From an uncultured Chloroflexia bacterium (GTDB taxonomy: Bacteria > Chloroflexota > Limnocylindria > QHBO01): a stretch of 64,000 bases of DNA. This document shows, one piece after another, positions 1 to 10,665 of the stretch (its first letter is position 1; each line of letters starts with the position of its first letter). The stretch covers positions 188,453 to 252,452 of the forward strand of contig CAVYGE010000005.1 in assembly GCA_963767985.1 (NCBI GenBank), in the 5' to 3' direction. The notes under the pieces were generated by a model. That model did not search any database, had not been told where the DNA came from, and was given only the letters and a program-made list of their open reading frames with translations. The translations under genes and the position numbers were made by a program.

Positions 1-764
1 ACATCGGCCGCCGCGACCGTGCCGAGCACGTCGTTGAGGAGGAACTCGAGGCCGGCGACCGAGCCCTCGTTGTTGACCAGGATGTCGGTGACCTGGCCCT
101 CGTCGTCGACGGTCAGCAGACCGCCACCGAATGCCCACAGGAAGGGCTGGAGCCAGTAGGCGTCGCCACGCATGTAGAAGGCGTTCTCGAGACCGAGCTC
201 GGTCTGGAGCGTCTCGCCGGCGGCGATGAAGTCATCCATCGTGGCGGGCGCCTCGACGCTCGCCTCTTCGAGCATGGACTTGTTGTAGAGGAGCGCGAGC
301 GCGTCGGTCACCTGCGGGACGGCGTACGTGCCACCCTGCCACTGGCCATATGCCAGCGGACCGGCCAGGAAGTCATCCCAGTCCGACTGCGGGATCATGC
401 TCGTCAGGTCGAGGAGATAGCCCTTGTCGGCGTAGTCGGCGATCCAGGCGATCTCGGCGCGGAAGACATCGGGTGCCTCGCCGCCGGCGGCCTGCTGGTC
501 ATACGCCTGCTGGGCACCGTCGAACGGGATCTGCGTCACCTCGACAGTCGTCCCCTCGAACGCCTCCGCGATCTCGGCGATGACCGGCGACTCCTGGTCG
601 TTCATGGTGTGGGTGAAGGTGAGCGAATCGACGCCGCCGCATGCGGTCGACGGGTCGACCGAGGCCGCGGCGCTCGGCGACGTGCCGCCGCCGGAGCATG
701 CCGAGAGCGCGAGTGCAACGGCCATGCCGACCGGCAGGATCGTGCGATGAAGCTTCAGGTTCAT
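1..764 (-). CDS. Sugar ABC transporter substrate-binding lipoprotein (runs off window start)
   Basis: Manual translation MNLKLHRTILPVGMAVALALSAC (lipobox) ... APDVFRAEIAWIADYADKGYLLDL ... YAVPQVTDALALLYNKS; GAGG RBS upstream; absent from ORF track because there is no stop in the window. Confidence 0.85.
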   Translation of the reverse strand, partial: MNLKLHRTILPVGMAVALALSACSGGGTSPSAAASVDPSTACGGVDSLTFTHTMNDQESPVIAEIAEAFEGTTVEVTQIPFDGAQQAYDQQAAGGEAPDVFRAEIAWIADYADKGYLLDLTSMIPQSDWDDFLAGPLAYGQWQGGTYAVPQVTDALALLYNKSMLEEASVEAPATMDDFIAAGETLQTELGLENAFYMRGDAYWLQPFLWAFGGGLLTVDDEGQVTDILVNNEGSVAGLEFLLNDVLGTVAAAD

Positions 765-813
765 GGAGAGTGGTTCCTCGTTGTGGTTGCGTCGGTGCTG
801 ATCGGGTGACGGA

Positions 814-1911
814 TCAGGGATGGGCGACACCTCCTCCCCCCAGGGGCGAGGCGTCGGCGATGTGTCGACCGGCCGCGGCCGGTGCCGTGGAGCCGCGCAC
901 GACCAGGTGGGTCGCAAGAAGCTCGCTGATCGGCCCGCGACCGTCAGGGCCGCGGAGCAGGTCAACCAGTCGTTGGGCCGCGAGCCGTCCCTTCTCGCGG
1001 ATCGGCTGGTGGACCGTGGTCAATGCCGGATGCGTCCATGCGGCCGCGGGGACGTCGTCATAGCCGATGACCGACAGTTCGTCGGGGACGGCGACTCCGG
1101 CCTCGCGCGCCGCGAGGAGGATGCCGATGGCGGTGATGTCGGTGATGGCGATGATCGCGCTCGGCAGGCCATCAGCCTGCAGCTCGGCAAACGCGGCTCG
1201 CCCGCCGTCTTCGGAGACCGTCGACGACACGATGCGCAGCGTGGCGTCCGCACCGCCCGACTCGCGTGCCGCGGTTTCGAAGCCCTCCCTGATGCCGCGC
1301 AGCCGACGGGCCGAGATTCCCCGACTCCTGTCGACCCCGGAGTCGGGATGCTCTGCGATGAGAACGACCGCGACGTCGCGGTGTCCCAGCGCGTGGAGGT
1401 GGCGGGCGGCCTCGGCCGCGCCTCCGGCCTCGTCGACGGAGACCACTCCGGCGTCCTCCCAGGCGTCGACATCGAGGGCCACGACCGGCACGCCCGACTT
1501 GCGGACCAGCTCGAGCTCCACGTGGTCGGGCTCGAGGCCGAGGAGCACGAGGCCGTCCACGAGGGCGCCCTCGACCGCCCGCGCGATGGAGCCGCCCACG
1601 GGCGGCACGATGACGAGCGAGATGCCGGCGGCGTCGCACACGTCCCCGATGCCGCGCAGCAGTTCGGGCAGGAACGGGTTGGCGAACACGTGGTGCGTGG
1701 CCTGCGGGACCACCAGGCCGATCTGGTCAGTCTTTCGCGATGCGAGGCGACGTGCGATGGGCGACGGTCGGTAGCCGAGTTCCGCCGCCGCGGCCAGGAT
1801 CCGCTCCCGCGTCGCCGCGTTGAGGTTGTCCGGCTGGTTGAACGCGAAGCTGACCGACGTCTTGCTCACGCCGGCAACGCGGGCAACATCGTCGATACGG
1901 GGACGAGTCAA
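814..1911 (-). CDS. LacI family transcriptional regulator
   Basis: N-terminal HTH RIDDVARVAGVSKTSVSFAFN; sugar-binding domain with LSVIGYDD and LTTVHQP. Confidence 0.95.
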   Translation of the reverse strand: MTRPRIDDVARVAGVSKTSVSFAFNQPDNLNAATRERILAAAAELGYRPSPIARRLASRKTDQIGLVVPQATHHVFANPFLPELLRGIGDVCDAAGISLVIVPPVGGSIARAVEGALVDGLVLLGLEPDHVELELVRKSGVPVVALDVDAWEDAGVVSVDEAGGAAEAARHLHALGHRDVAVVLIAEHPDSGVDRSRGISARRLRGIREGFETAARESGGADATLRIVSSTVSEDGGRAAFAELQADGLPSAIIAITDITAIGILLAAREAGVAVPDELSVIGYDDVPAAAWTHPALTTVHQPIREKGRLAAQRLVDLLRGPDGRGPISELLATHLVVRGSTAPAAAGRHIADASPLGGGGVAHP

Positions 1912-1950
1912 GCTGCTTCGATCCTCGTCTGGTGCGGGTGGCGCCCCGCG

Positions 1951-1975
1951 TAAACCGATTTAGTGAACCGGTTTA
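1951..1975. promoter_or_regulatory. Tandem LacI-type operators
   Basis: TAAACCGATTTA (1951-1962) and TGAACCGGTTTA (1964-1975) fit the AAnCGnTT palindrome, just upstream of the lacI-family gene. Confidence 0.7.
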
Positions 1976-1983
1976 GGGATGCG

Positions 1984-2013
1984 ACGATACGTCGCGGCGC
2001 GCAAGCCTGTCAA
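1984..2013 (-). promoter_or_regulatory. Candidate sigma-A promoter for the lacI / sugar ABC operon
   Basis: Minus strand TTGACA (2013-2008), 18 bp spacer, TATCGT (1989-1984); the operators lie just downstream. Confidence 0.5.
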
Positions 2014-2072
2014 GACTTGAGTCAGCGCCATCCGGGCGCCTGCGCCGGCGACCTTGCTACGATCCCCCGCGC

Positions 2073-2498
2073 ATGCAATCTCGCCACGATCCGCAACCCG
2101 GTCGGACGCCGGTCGCCGTCCGACTCTGGTTCGCCTGGGCCTTCGGTCTCCTGGCGATCACCGGGCTGCTGCTCGGTCGCATCGTGCAGTTCATCGACTT
2201 CAGCGAGCGTGCGCCGTTCAGCATCCTGGGCATCTTCATGATGCTCGAGCTTGCCGCCGTCCTGTTCGGGGTGACGACGGCGCTCCAGCGCAAGCAGATC
2301 GCCCATCGATTCGCCGTGGGCATCGCCTTCCTGCCGGTCCCGATCCTGGCGGGGCTGCCACCGGTGCTGCTGGACCTCCCGCCGCAGGCAGCCAACGGCT
2401 GGTACCTGCTCACCGTGCCGATCGGCGCGCTGGTGACCCTCGGGCTCGTCGTCGGCCTGCTTCGTCCCGCGGCCCGCGCCTACTTCAGCGAGCCGTGA
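2073..2498 (+). CDS. Hypothetical membrane protein (about 4 TM)
   Basis: 141 aa ORF with four hydrophobic segments. Confidence 0.6.
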   Translation: MQSRHDPQPGRTPVAVRLWFAWAFGLLAITGLLLGRIVQFIDFSERAPFSILGIFMMLELAAVLFGVTTALQRKQIAHRFAVGIAFLPVPILAGLPPVLLDLPPQAANGWYLLTVPIGALVTLGLVVGLLRPAARAYFSEP

Positions 2499-2517
2499 CC
2501 TTCCTATACTCGGCCGC

Positions 2518-3418
2518 GTGCAGCTGATCTCCCACGCCCTTGATGGGCACCCTCGCCTCGCCGTGCGCCTCGATGGTGACCTCCGGGACCTGACCGATGC
2601 CACCGGCGCCACGGACGTCGGGCAGCTGCTGGGCGCGGGCATCACGGTCGCGCAGCTCGCCGGCATGGCCGGAACGATCGTGCGCCGCCGACGCCGTCGC
2701 GCTGGCGCCGATCGGGCGCCCGGGGAAGATCATCTGCGTCGGGCTGAACTACCACGACCACTGTCGCGAGCAGTCGATCGACCCGCCCGCCTACCCGATG
2801 CTGTTCAGCAAGTTCGCGAACGCCGTCGCGAATCCCGGCCAACCGGTGACGCGTCCGCGCGCGACGGAGAAGCTCGACCTCGAATGCGAGCTCGGCGTCG
2901 TCATCGGGCGGCGCGCATCTCGCATCGCCCGGGACGAGGCGCTCGACCATGTCTTCGGCTACACGATCGTCAACGACGTGACGATGCGGGACCTCCAGAA
3001 GGAGGATCGGCAGTGGCTGCGCGCCAAGGGTTCGGACGGGTTCGCGCCGATGGGCCCCATCGTGCTCACCGCGGACGAGGTCCCCGATCCGCAGCACCTC
3101 CGTCTCCGGTCGTGGGTGAACGGCGAGGCGTGGCAGGATTCGTCGACCGCCGAGATGGTCTTCGACGTGGCCACGATCGTCGCGTTCGCGTCCCGGACCA
3201 TCACCCTCGAGCCCGGCGATGTCATCGCCACCGGAACGCCGGCAGGCGTCGGCCACTATCAGCGTCCCCCGCGCTACCTCGCCGACGGCGATGTCATGCG
3301 TCTCGAGATCGAGGGCATCGGCGTCCTGGAGAACCCGATCCGCGACGAGCTCCCGCGCAGCGACGATCACGAGGCGGCGTCCGGCGTCGTGGACGAGTCG
3401 GCGGCCGAGGCCCGATGA
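2518..3418 (+). CDS. Fumarylacetoacetate hydrolase family protein (frameshift near 2685)
   Basis: KIICVGLNYHDH, LDLECELGVVIG, NDVTMRDLQ, KGSDGFAPMGP, GDVIATGTPAGVG; N-terminus lies in the frame starting at 2518. Confidence 0.88.
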
Positions 3419-4451
3419 GCATGATGCGGGCCCTGGCGAAGACCGCGCCCGGACCCGGTCTCGAGCTCGTCGAGCGCCCGGTGCCGCAGCCGGGACGTGG
3501 CGAGGTCCTCCTGCGCGTCGATGCGGCGAGCATCTGCGGCACCGACCACCACCTCTTCGAGTGGGACGATTGGGCCGCGGACAACCTCGTGCCGCCGCGC
3601 ATCCTGGGCCACGAGCTGGCGGGGACGGTCGAGGCGCTCGGGGCCGGGGTGACTCGCGTCAGGGAGGGCGATCTCGTCGGCGTCGAGTCACACATCGCCG
3701 ATTGGACCTGCACGCAGTGCCGTCGCGGTGACGCCGCACCTGTGCCGCAACCTGCGGGTGATCGGGGTCCACATCGACGGCGGCTTTGCCGAACGGGTCG
3801 TCATTCCCGAGGCGAATGCCATCGAGTCGAATGGTCTCGATCCGGCCGTCGTGGCGCTCCAGGAACCAATGGGGAACGCGGTTCACGCCGCATTCGTGGA
3901 GCCGATCGAGGGACGGTCGGTGCTCGTCACCGGCTGCGGTCCCATCGGCCTGTGCGCGGTCGGGATCGCCAAGGCCGGCGGGCGCTTCGCTGGTCATCGC
4001 GACGGATACCGAACCGTATCGCCTTGAGCTGGCGCGGACCATGGGGGCCGACCTCGCCCTGGATGCCGCCGATCCGGCGACCGAGGAGCGGATCGTCGGG
4101 GCCACGGGTGGGGATGGGGTCGAGGTCGTGCTGGAGATGAGCGGCGCACCCCGCGCGCTGGAGCAGGCCCTGCGCGTGACGACACGCGGCGGACGCATCA
4201 GCCTGCTCGGCATCTTCAGCGAGTCGGTCGCGCTGGACCTCTCGGACCAGGTGATCATGCGCGGAATCCGCCTGCACGGGATCTACGGACGCCGCATGTA
4301 CGACACATGGGAGCGGACGCAGGCGCTGCTCCGCTCCGGCGCGCTCGACGTCTCGCCGATCATCACCCACCGGCTGGACCTCGCCGAGTGGCCGACGGCC
4401 TTCGAGCTCATCGCATCTCGTCACGCGGGTAAGGTGGTCCTCCGACCCTAG
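3415..4451 (+). CDS. tdh: L-threonine 3-dehydrogenase (frameshifts near 3735 and 3985)
   Basis: SICGTDHH, GHELAG, ESHIADWTCTQC, GCGPIG, GRRMYDTW across three frames; directly upstream of kbl. Confidence 0.9.
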
Positions 4452-4484
4452 GGCGGCGCGGTGCTCCGCTCGTATACTCGGGTC

Positions 4485-5694
<1,210 letters not shown>

Positions 5695-5839
5695 GCAGTT
5701 TGCCGGTGCGCTCTGCACCGGTGCGGTGCCACTGACCAAGGCCGAATGCTAGGGTTTGCCGCACCGAATCTCCGCTCCGGTACTCGCTGCCCGATGCAAG
5801 ACCGCTCCCTCGGCGTGATGCTGCGAGCGACACTCGCGG

Positions 5840-6421
5840 ATGTCGATGCGCGCCCGTTGCCCACGGCGCGCCGGCGGTGACGTCACCATCGACGAGCTCG
5901 CGGCGGCGGCGAGCTCCGGAGACGTGGAGGCGGTTGCTCGCCTGTACGACGCGCTCGTCGACCCGATCTACCGCTACGTCGCCGTGCGCGTGCGGCATCG
6001 CGAGGATGCCCAGGACCTGACCCAGCTGGTCTTCGAGCGGATCGTGACCGCGCTGCCGCGCTACCGTCACCAGGGTCGCCCCTTCGCGGCGTGGGCCTTC
6101 CGAATCGCGCGGAACGCGGTGATCGACCATCAGCGACGCCTGCGGCCGACGGAGCAGCTCGGATCGGTGGCCGAGCCGAGCGACGGTCCCGGGCTCGAGG
6201 CACTCTCGTTGCGCGACGAGGAGATCCGCGAGCTGCGCGCGGCAATCCGGCGGCTGACTCCGGACCAGCAGGAGGCGATCGCGCTGCGATACGCCGTGGG
6301 TCTATCGGCGGAGGAGGCGGCGACCGTCATGGGCAGGCGCGCGGGAACGATCCGCGGGCTGACGTTCCGGGCGATCGAATCGCTGCGGCGCCACATGAGC
6401 GATACCGGGCGACGCCCATGA
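5840..6421 (+). CDS. ECF RNA polymerase sigma factor
   Basis: Region 2 DAQDLTQLVFERI and FAAWAFRIARNAVID; region 4 LTPDQQEAIALRY. Confidence 0.92.
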   Translation: MSMRARCPRRAGGDVTIDELAAAASSGDVEAVARLYDALVDPIYRYVAVRVRHREDAQDLTQLVFERIVTALPRYRHQGRPFAAWAFRIARNAVIDHQRRLRPTEQLGSVAEPSDGPGLEALSLRDEEIRELRAAIRRLTPDQQEAIALRYAVGLSAEEAATVMGRRAGTIRGLTFRAIESLRRHMSDTGRRP

Positions 6422-7279
6422 GCCTCTTCTGCCGGTCCCTGCGGCCCCCGACGACCGACGACGCCGTCGAGCGCTACCTGGTGAGTCTCCAGTCACGGAT
6501 CGCGCCGGACCCGCTCTTCCGACGGCGCCTCCGGTCACAGGCGATCAACCGCTTTGTCGCGGCGAGGGAGCAGCAGCGGACCGACTCGGCGCGGGCAATG
6601 ACGCGGCAGATGGGCCGCATCGGCCGTGCCTGCCTGTACGCCAGCCTGGCGCTGGCGACGAGCGCGGCAGGTGCTCTCGGCGCGTCGCAGGAGGCATTGC
6701 CGGGTGACGCGCTCTACGCCGTGAAGCTCCGGATCGAGCAGCTGAGGTTCCAGGTCACGCCGGCGCATCTCCAGGGAGTCCTGTCAGCCAACGTGCTCGC
6801 GGAGCGGCTCGAGGAGATGACGCGCCTGCTCGATGCCGGTCGGACGGCGGATGCCATGGCACTGCAGCCCGCGATCGCCGCGCACATCGAGCAGCTGGCT
6901 GCCGTGCGAGGCCGCGGGCAGTCGCGGACGCCAGGAGTCGAATCGCGAATCACCTGCTCGCTCTGGACGAGCTCATCACGGTCTGCCGGCAGCCCCTGGG
7001 GCAGCCGTGCGAGCCGCATGGGACCAGCTGCCGAGCAGCCCTGGGGGCATCAACGCGTCCGGACCCGCAGGCGCGACCACAACCCGGGCGACAACGGTGG
7101 CGCGAACGACGGCGGACAGGGAACCGGCGCGCCCGAATCCATCGGCCCCCGGGCAGGTGATCGACGAGCACAAGCCGAAGCCGACGCATGCTCCCGACCA
7201 GGGGAGGCCCCGCGATCCAGGGGCCGGAGTACCTGGCCAGGGCAAAGCCACCTCGCCCGCTGTCAACAGCACCGACTGA
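6418..7279 (+). CDS. DUF5667-containing putative anti-sigma factor (frameshift near 6945)
   Basis: ATGA overlap with the ECF gene; TM/signal segment followed by ALPGDALYAVKLRIE (DUF5667-like) and a low-complexity C-terminus. Confidence 0.7.
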
Positions 7280-7328
7280 GCACCTCGACCTCGGAGAATG
7301 GGGTAGCCGAGCTGTCCGGACATCAGGA

Positions 7329-7358
7329 AACGGGGTAGAGGCGAACCTCTACCCCGTT
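7329..7358. terminator. Hairpin between convergent genes, probable bidirectional terminator
   Basis: AACGGGGTAGAGG-CGAA-CCTCTACCCCGTT, perfect 13-bp stem. Confidence 0.75.
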
Positions 7359-7410
7359 CCTGCCAGGGGGGCTGGTGATCTACGGGTCCTGGCCCGTCAC
7401 CTCCCATGGC

Positions 7411-8250
7411 TTACCGACTTGGTGCTAGCGGGTGCCCTCCGTCCTCGGTGCTGAGTCGCAGGTAGAGCAGCCCACCGAGCGACATCAGGGTCAGGAGGAC
7501 GAACGGCCAGGCCGGGATGCCCTCGGAACCGAGTGCGGTATCCGGAATGGTTCCACCACCGGGCTTCGGCGTCGGGTTGCCACCGGCGACGCTCTCGCGC
7601 GGGCTCTCGGACTCCGACTCGCTCGGGTTCTCGGACTCGCTCGGGTTCTCCGACTCGCTCGGGTTCTCCGACTCGCTCGGGTTCTCCGACTCGCTCGGGT
7701 TCTCCGACTCGCTCGGGTTCTCCGACTCGCTCGGGGTCTCCGACTCGTTCGGCGGCTCCGACTCGTTCGGCGGCTCGGACTCGGAGCTCCTCGGGCTCAC
7801 ATGCGACCCAGAAGACCTTGTGCTTGATCTGCACCTGGCCGCCAGGGTTCACGGCACCGTCCCAGAAGAGCTTGTAGTGGCCATCGGGAAGCGAGTACAC
7901 GTTCGGGATCGTCCGTTTCACGCGGCTGACGGTCCTCGCCACCGGTCGCGTCGTAGCTGCCGCTGAGCACCTCGGTGCCGTCGCCGGTGGGCGGCCACGA
8001 CTCGATCGACCAGTCGCCGCTCTGAACGTCGTCACCGAAGAAGAAGTGCAGATGGAACGTGCAGACGTGTGGCTCGTTCTTGACGATCGGCTCCTCGTCC
8101 GATGATCCATCGTGGATCTTGACCGTTCCGTTGTTGCCCGGCGCATCGGCGAGCACCGGGGCAGCGGCCGGAACAGCGAGAGGGACAGGCCAAGCGTGGC
8201 GATGATCCCAAGTGCCGTCCGTGCCGATGATCTTGTGAACTTGCTTCCAC
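7411..8250 (-). CDS. Secreted repeat-rich surface protein with C-terminal IPDTA + TM sorting-like signal (3 frameshifts)
   Basis: Reconstructed: signal peptide (TALGIIATLGLSLAVPAAAPVLA), globular domain (GTVKIHD...CTFHLHFF...GHYKLFW), ENPSES repeats, GGTIPDTALGSEGIPAWPFVLLTLMSLGGLLYLR. Confidence 0.7.
7615..7776. repeat. 18-bp tandem coding repeat, 9 units
   Basis: CGACTCGCTCGGGTTCTC-type units encoding 6x ENPSES, 1x ETPSES and 2x EPPNES on the minus strand. Confidence 0.95.
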
Positions 8251-8491
8251 GGTTGTCAGTCCTCTCTCTGTGCCAGCGGGCGTCCCGCCGCCCTCGATTC
8301 GATGGCGTAGCTGGACACTAGGACCTTGCATCCCCCATTGGTACTCCCCGCCCCGTGCGGTCAGGGGGAGAACGGCAGAGTCCGATGGGGTGCGGTGCGA
8401 AAGCAGCGGTGACGGGCGCACCGCATGGTCCTGGTACCTCGGTCCCACGGGTCGACAATCCGCCCGAGGCGCGGGGCAGGTCGCACGGTGC

Positions 8492-9135
8492 CTACGAGGT
8501 GCGGCCGCGGGCCTCGAGCACGACGACCTGCGTCTCGTCGGGTAGGGAGCTGGTGGTGAACTGGGCCTTTGGCTGACGGATCGGCTCGGTCGCCATCTCG
8601 TGGAGGAACTTCTCGGGACCGCCCAGGTCCTTCGAGGCACCGTCGACCCCGAAGTGCATCGGGATCACGATCTTCGGGCCGATCTGCGATACGACCTCCG
8701 CCGCCTCGGAGGGCGTCAGCGTCGTCTCGCCGCCGACCGGGCACGAGCAGCACGTCGATCGGCCCGAGCTCGCTGACCTGGTCGTCGGTCAGCAGGTGCC
8801 CGAGGTCGCCGAGATGGCAGACGTGGACGCCATCGATCTCGACCGCGAAGACCATGTTCTCGCCACGCGCCGCGCCCGCCTCGCCGTCGTGGAAGGTCCG
8901 AATGCCGGTGACGAGCAGGTCGCTGAACTCGTACTCGCCGGGTCGCGTCAGCGTCAGACCGGCCTTGATCGATCGCGTGTACGTGTGGTCGGGATGATCG
9001 TGGCTGATCGTCAGCAGCTCGACGTCGTGCTTGCCGGCAACGAAGCCGGTCGACGGGCGGACACGGATCGGTGATGACGGTGGCGTCCTTGCCCTTGAGT
9101 CGAAAGCAGGCACGTCCGTACCAGGTGATTTCCAT
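8492..9135 (-). CDS. MBL-fold metallo-hydrolase (Lactamase_B_3-like), frameshifts near 9060 and 8740
   Basis: MEITWYGRACF, TISHDHPDH, VCHLGDLGH, VIPMH. Confidence 0.85.
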
Positions 9136-9169
9136 CGGTTCGCCGATGGTAACGGATCGAGAGATAGCA

Positions 9170-9205
9170 CGAGCCCCGGTGCCCGCCCAATGACACCGGG
9201 GCTCG
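9170..9205. other. GC-rich 12-bp hairpin in divergent intergenic region
   Basis: CGAGCCCCGGTG-N12-CACCGGGGCTCG. Confidence 0.6.
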
Positions 9206-9352
9206 AAGGAGGGAGGGTGGAGGCGGAAATCACGGTGATCTCCAACTCGCACGATGAACACTAGGGAGCCGATCTAAACCGCGGGCTTGCCGAGCCTTAA
9301 GAAACCTGAACCTTCAAAAGCAGTCGCCGATCGGCTGCGTAGAATGGCGCGA

Positions 9353-10664
9353 ATGTCCATGACCCACCGCCTGATCTCGGCCGCGGTTGCCGTTCTCGTC
9401 GTGATCGCGATCGTGGTCCTCGGGTTGAGCGCCGGCGGGACCGGGATCGCCGGCGGCCCCGACCCGACCATGTCGGCTCGACCATCGGCCAGTGCCGCGC
9501 CCACCACATCACCCTCCGCGGAAGTGCCGACGCCATCGGTCCCGACCGACGAGGAAGCGCAGGCGATCCTGGCGCAGATCGAGGAGCAGGTGATCGCCAT
9601 CCGCGGCCTGCCGGCAGCCGACATCGGCCCGGCCGAGATCATCAGCCGCGACGAGCTGGCGGTGGAGCTCCGGCTCATCTTCGATGAGCAGTACCCGCCG
9701 GAGGAACGCGAGCGAGACAACGTGACGCTGCGAGCGATGGGACTGCTCGCACCCGACGAGGACGTGGCCGAGCTTCAGCTGGAGCTCCTGGGCGACCAGG
9801 TGCTGGGCTTCTACGACGATCTCGAGAAGCGGATGGTGGTCGTATCCGACGCCGGTCTCGACGTCGAGGCCCGAATCACCTACGCCCACGAGTACACCCA
9901 TGCGCTGCAGGACGCCGCCTTCGGCCTCGACTCGCTCGAAATCGATGCGCCGCGGCGAAGATGACCGTGGGCTGGCTCGCACCGCGCTGATCGAGGGAGA
10001 CGCGACCGCGACCATGCTGGCGTGGATGCTCCAGAACCTGAGCCAGAACGACATCCTCGAGTACTTCGGCAGCGCCCAGGTCCCCGACACCTCGGGCATT
10101 CCGTCGTGGATGGTGGCCCAGCTCGCCTTCCCGTACGACGCCGGCCTGAACTGGACCACGATCCTGGCGGGAGGCGACCCGACCCAGCCGGACTTCATCC
10201 GGATCGACGCGGCGTACGACGATCCTCCGGACAGCACGGAGCAGGTGATCGACATCGACAAGTGGGACCCGCGCGAGGAGCCGGATCCCGTTGCGCCGAT
10301 CGACCTTGCCGGCGCGCTGGGAGCCGGCTGGGCCGAGGTGGACGCCACGCCCGTCGGACAGGCAACGATCTCGATCATCCTCGAGCACTTCGGGGTGGCG
10401 ACGCCCGACGCGCGAACGGCCTCCGACGGGTGGGGCGGCGATCGGGTCGAGGTGGCCGAAGGCCCCGACGGGTCGTTCGCTCTTGCCTGGCGCCTGGCGT
10501 GGGATGCGGCGGAGGATGGCGGCGAGTTCGCTGCGGCGTACGAGACCGTGGTGGACTCGTTCGACTTTGCCGCGACGGTCATCGAGCTCCCCGACGGTGA
10601 CGTGCTCGTCGTCCACGCGTCGAACGACGAGATCCTGGCCCGGGCGATCGAGGTCGCGCGCTGA
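9353..10664 (+). CDS. Membrane-anchored or secreted protein with HEXXH zinc-metallopeptidase-like motif (frameshift near 9955)
   Basis: N-terminal TM, Pro/Ser/Thr linker, GFYDD, YAHEYTHALQD, ALIEGDAT, AFPYDAG, GWGGDR. Confidence 0.7.
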
Positions 10665-10665
10665 C

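Noticed and set aside
7615-7776. CRISPR or non-coding repeat
   Set aside because: Contiguous 18-bp units, in frame inside a protein-coding gene.
8270-8390. c-di-AMP (ydaO) or c-di-GMP riboswitch
   Set aside because: The GGGGAGUACCA/UGGGGG segments look similar, but the conserved CCCGAACCCGUCAGCUAAC and GCAAA/GGGACGC elements are absent.
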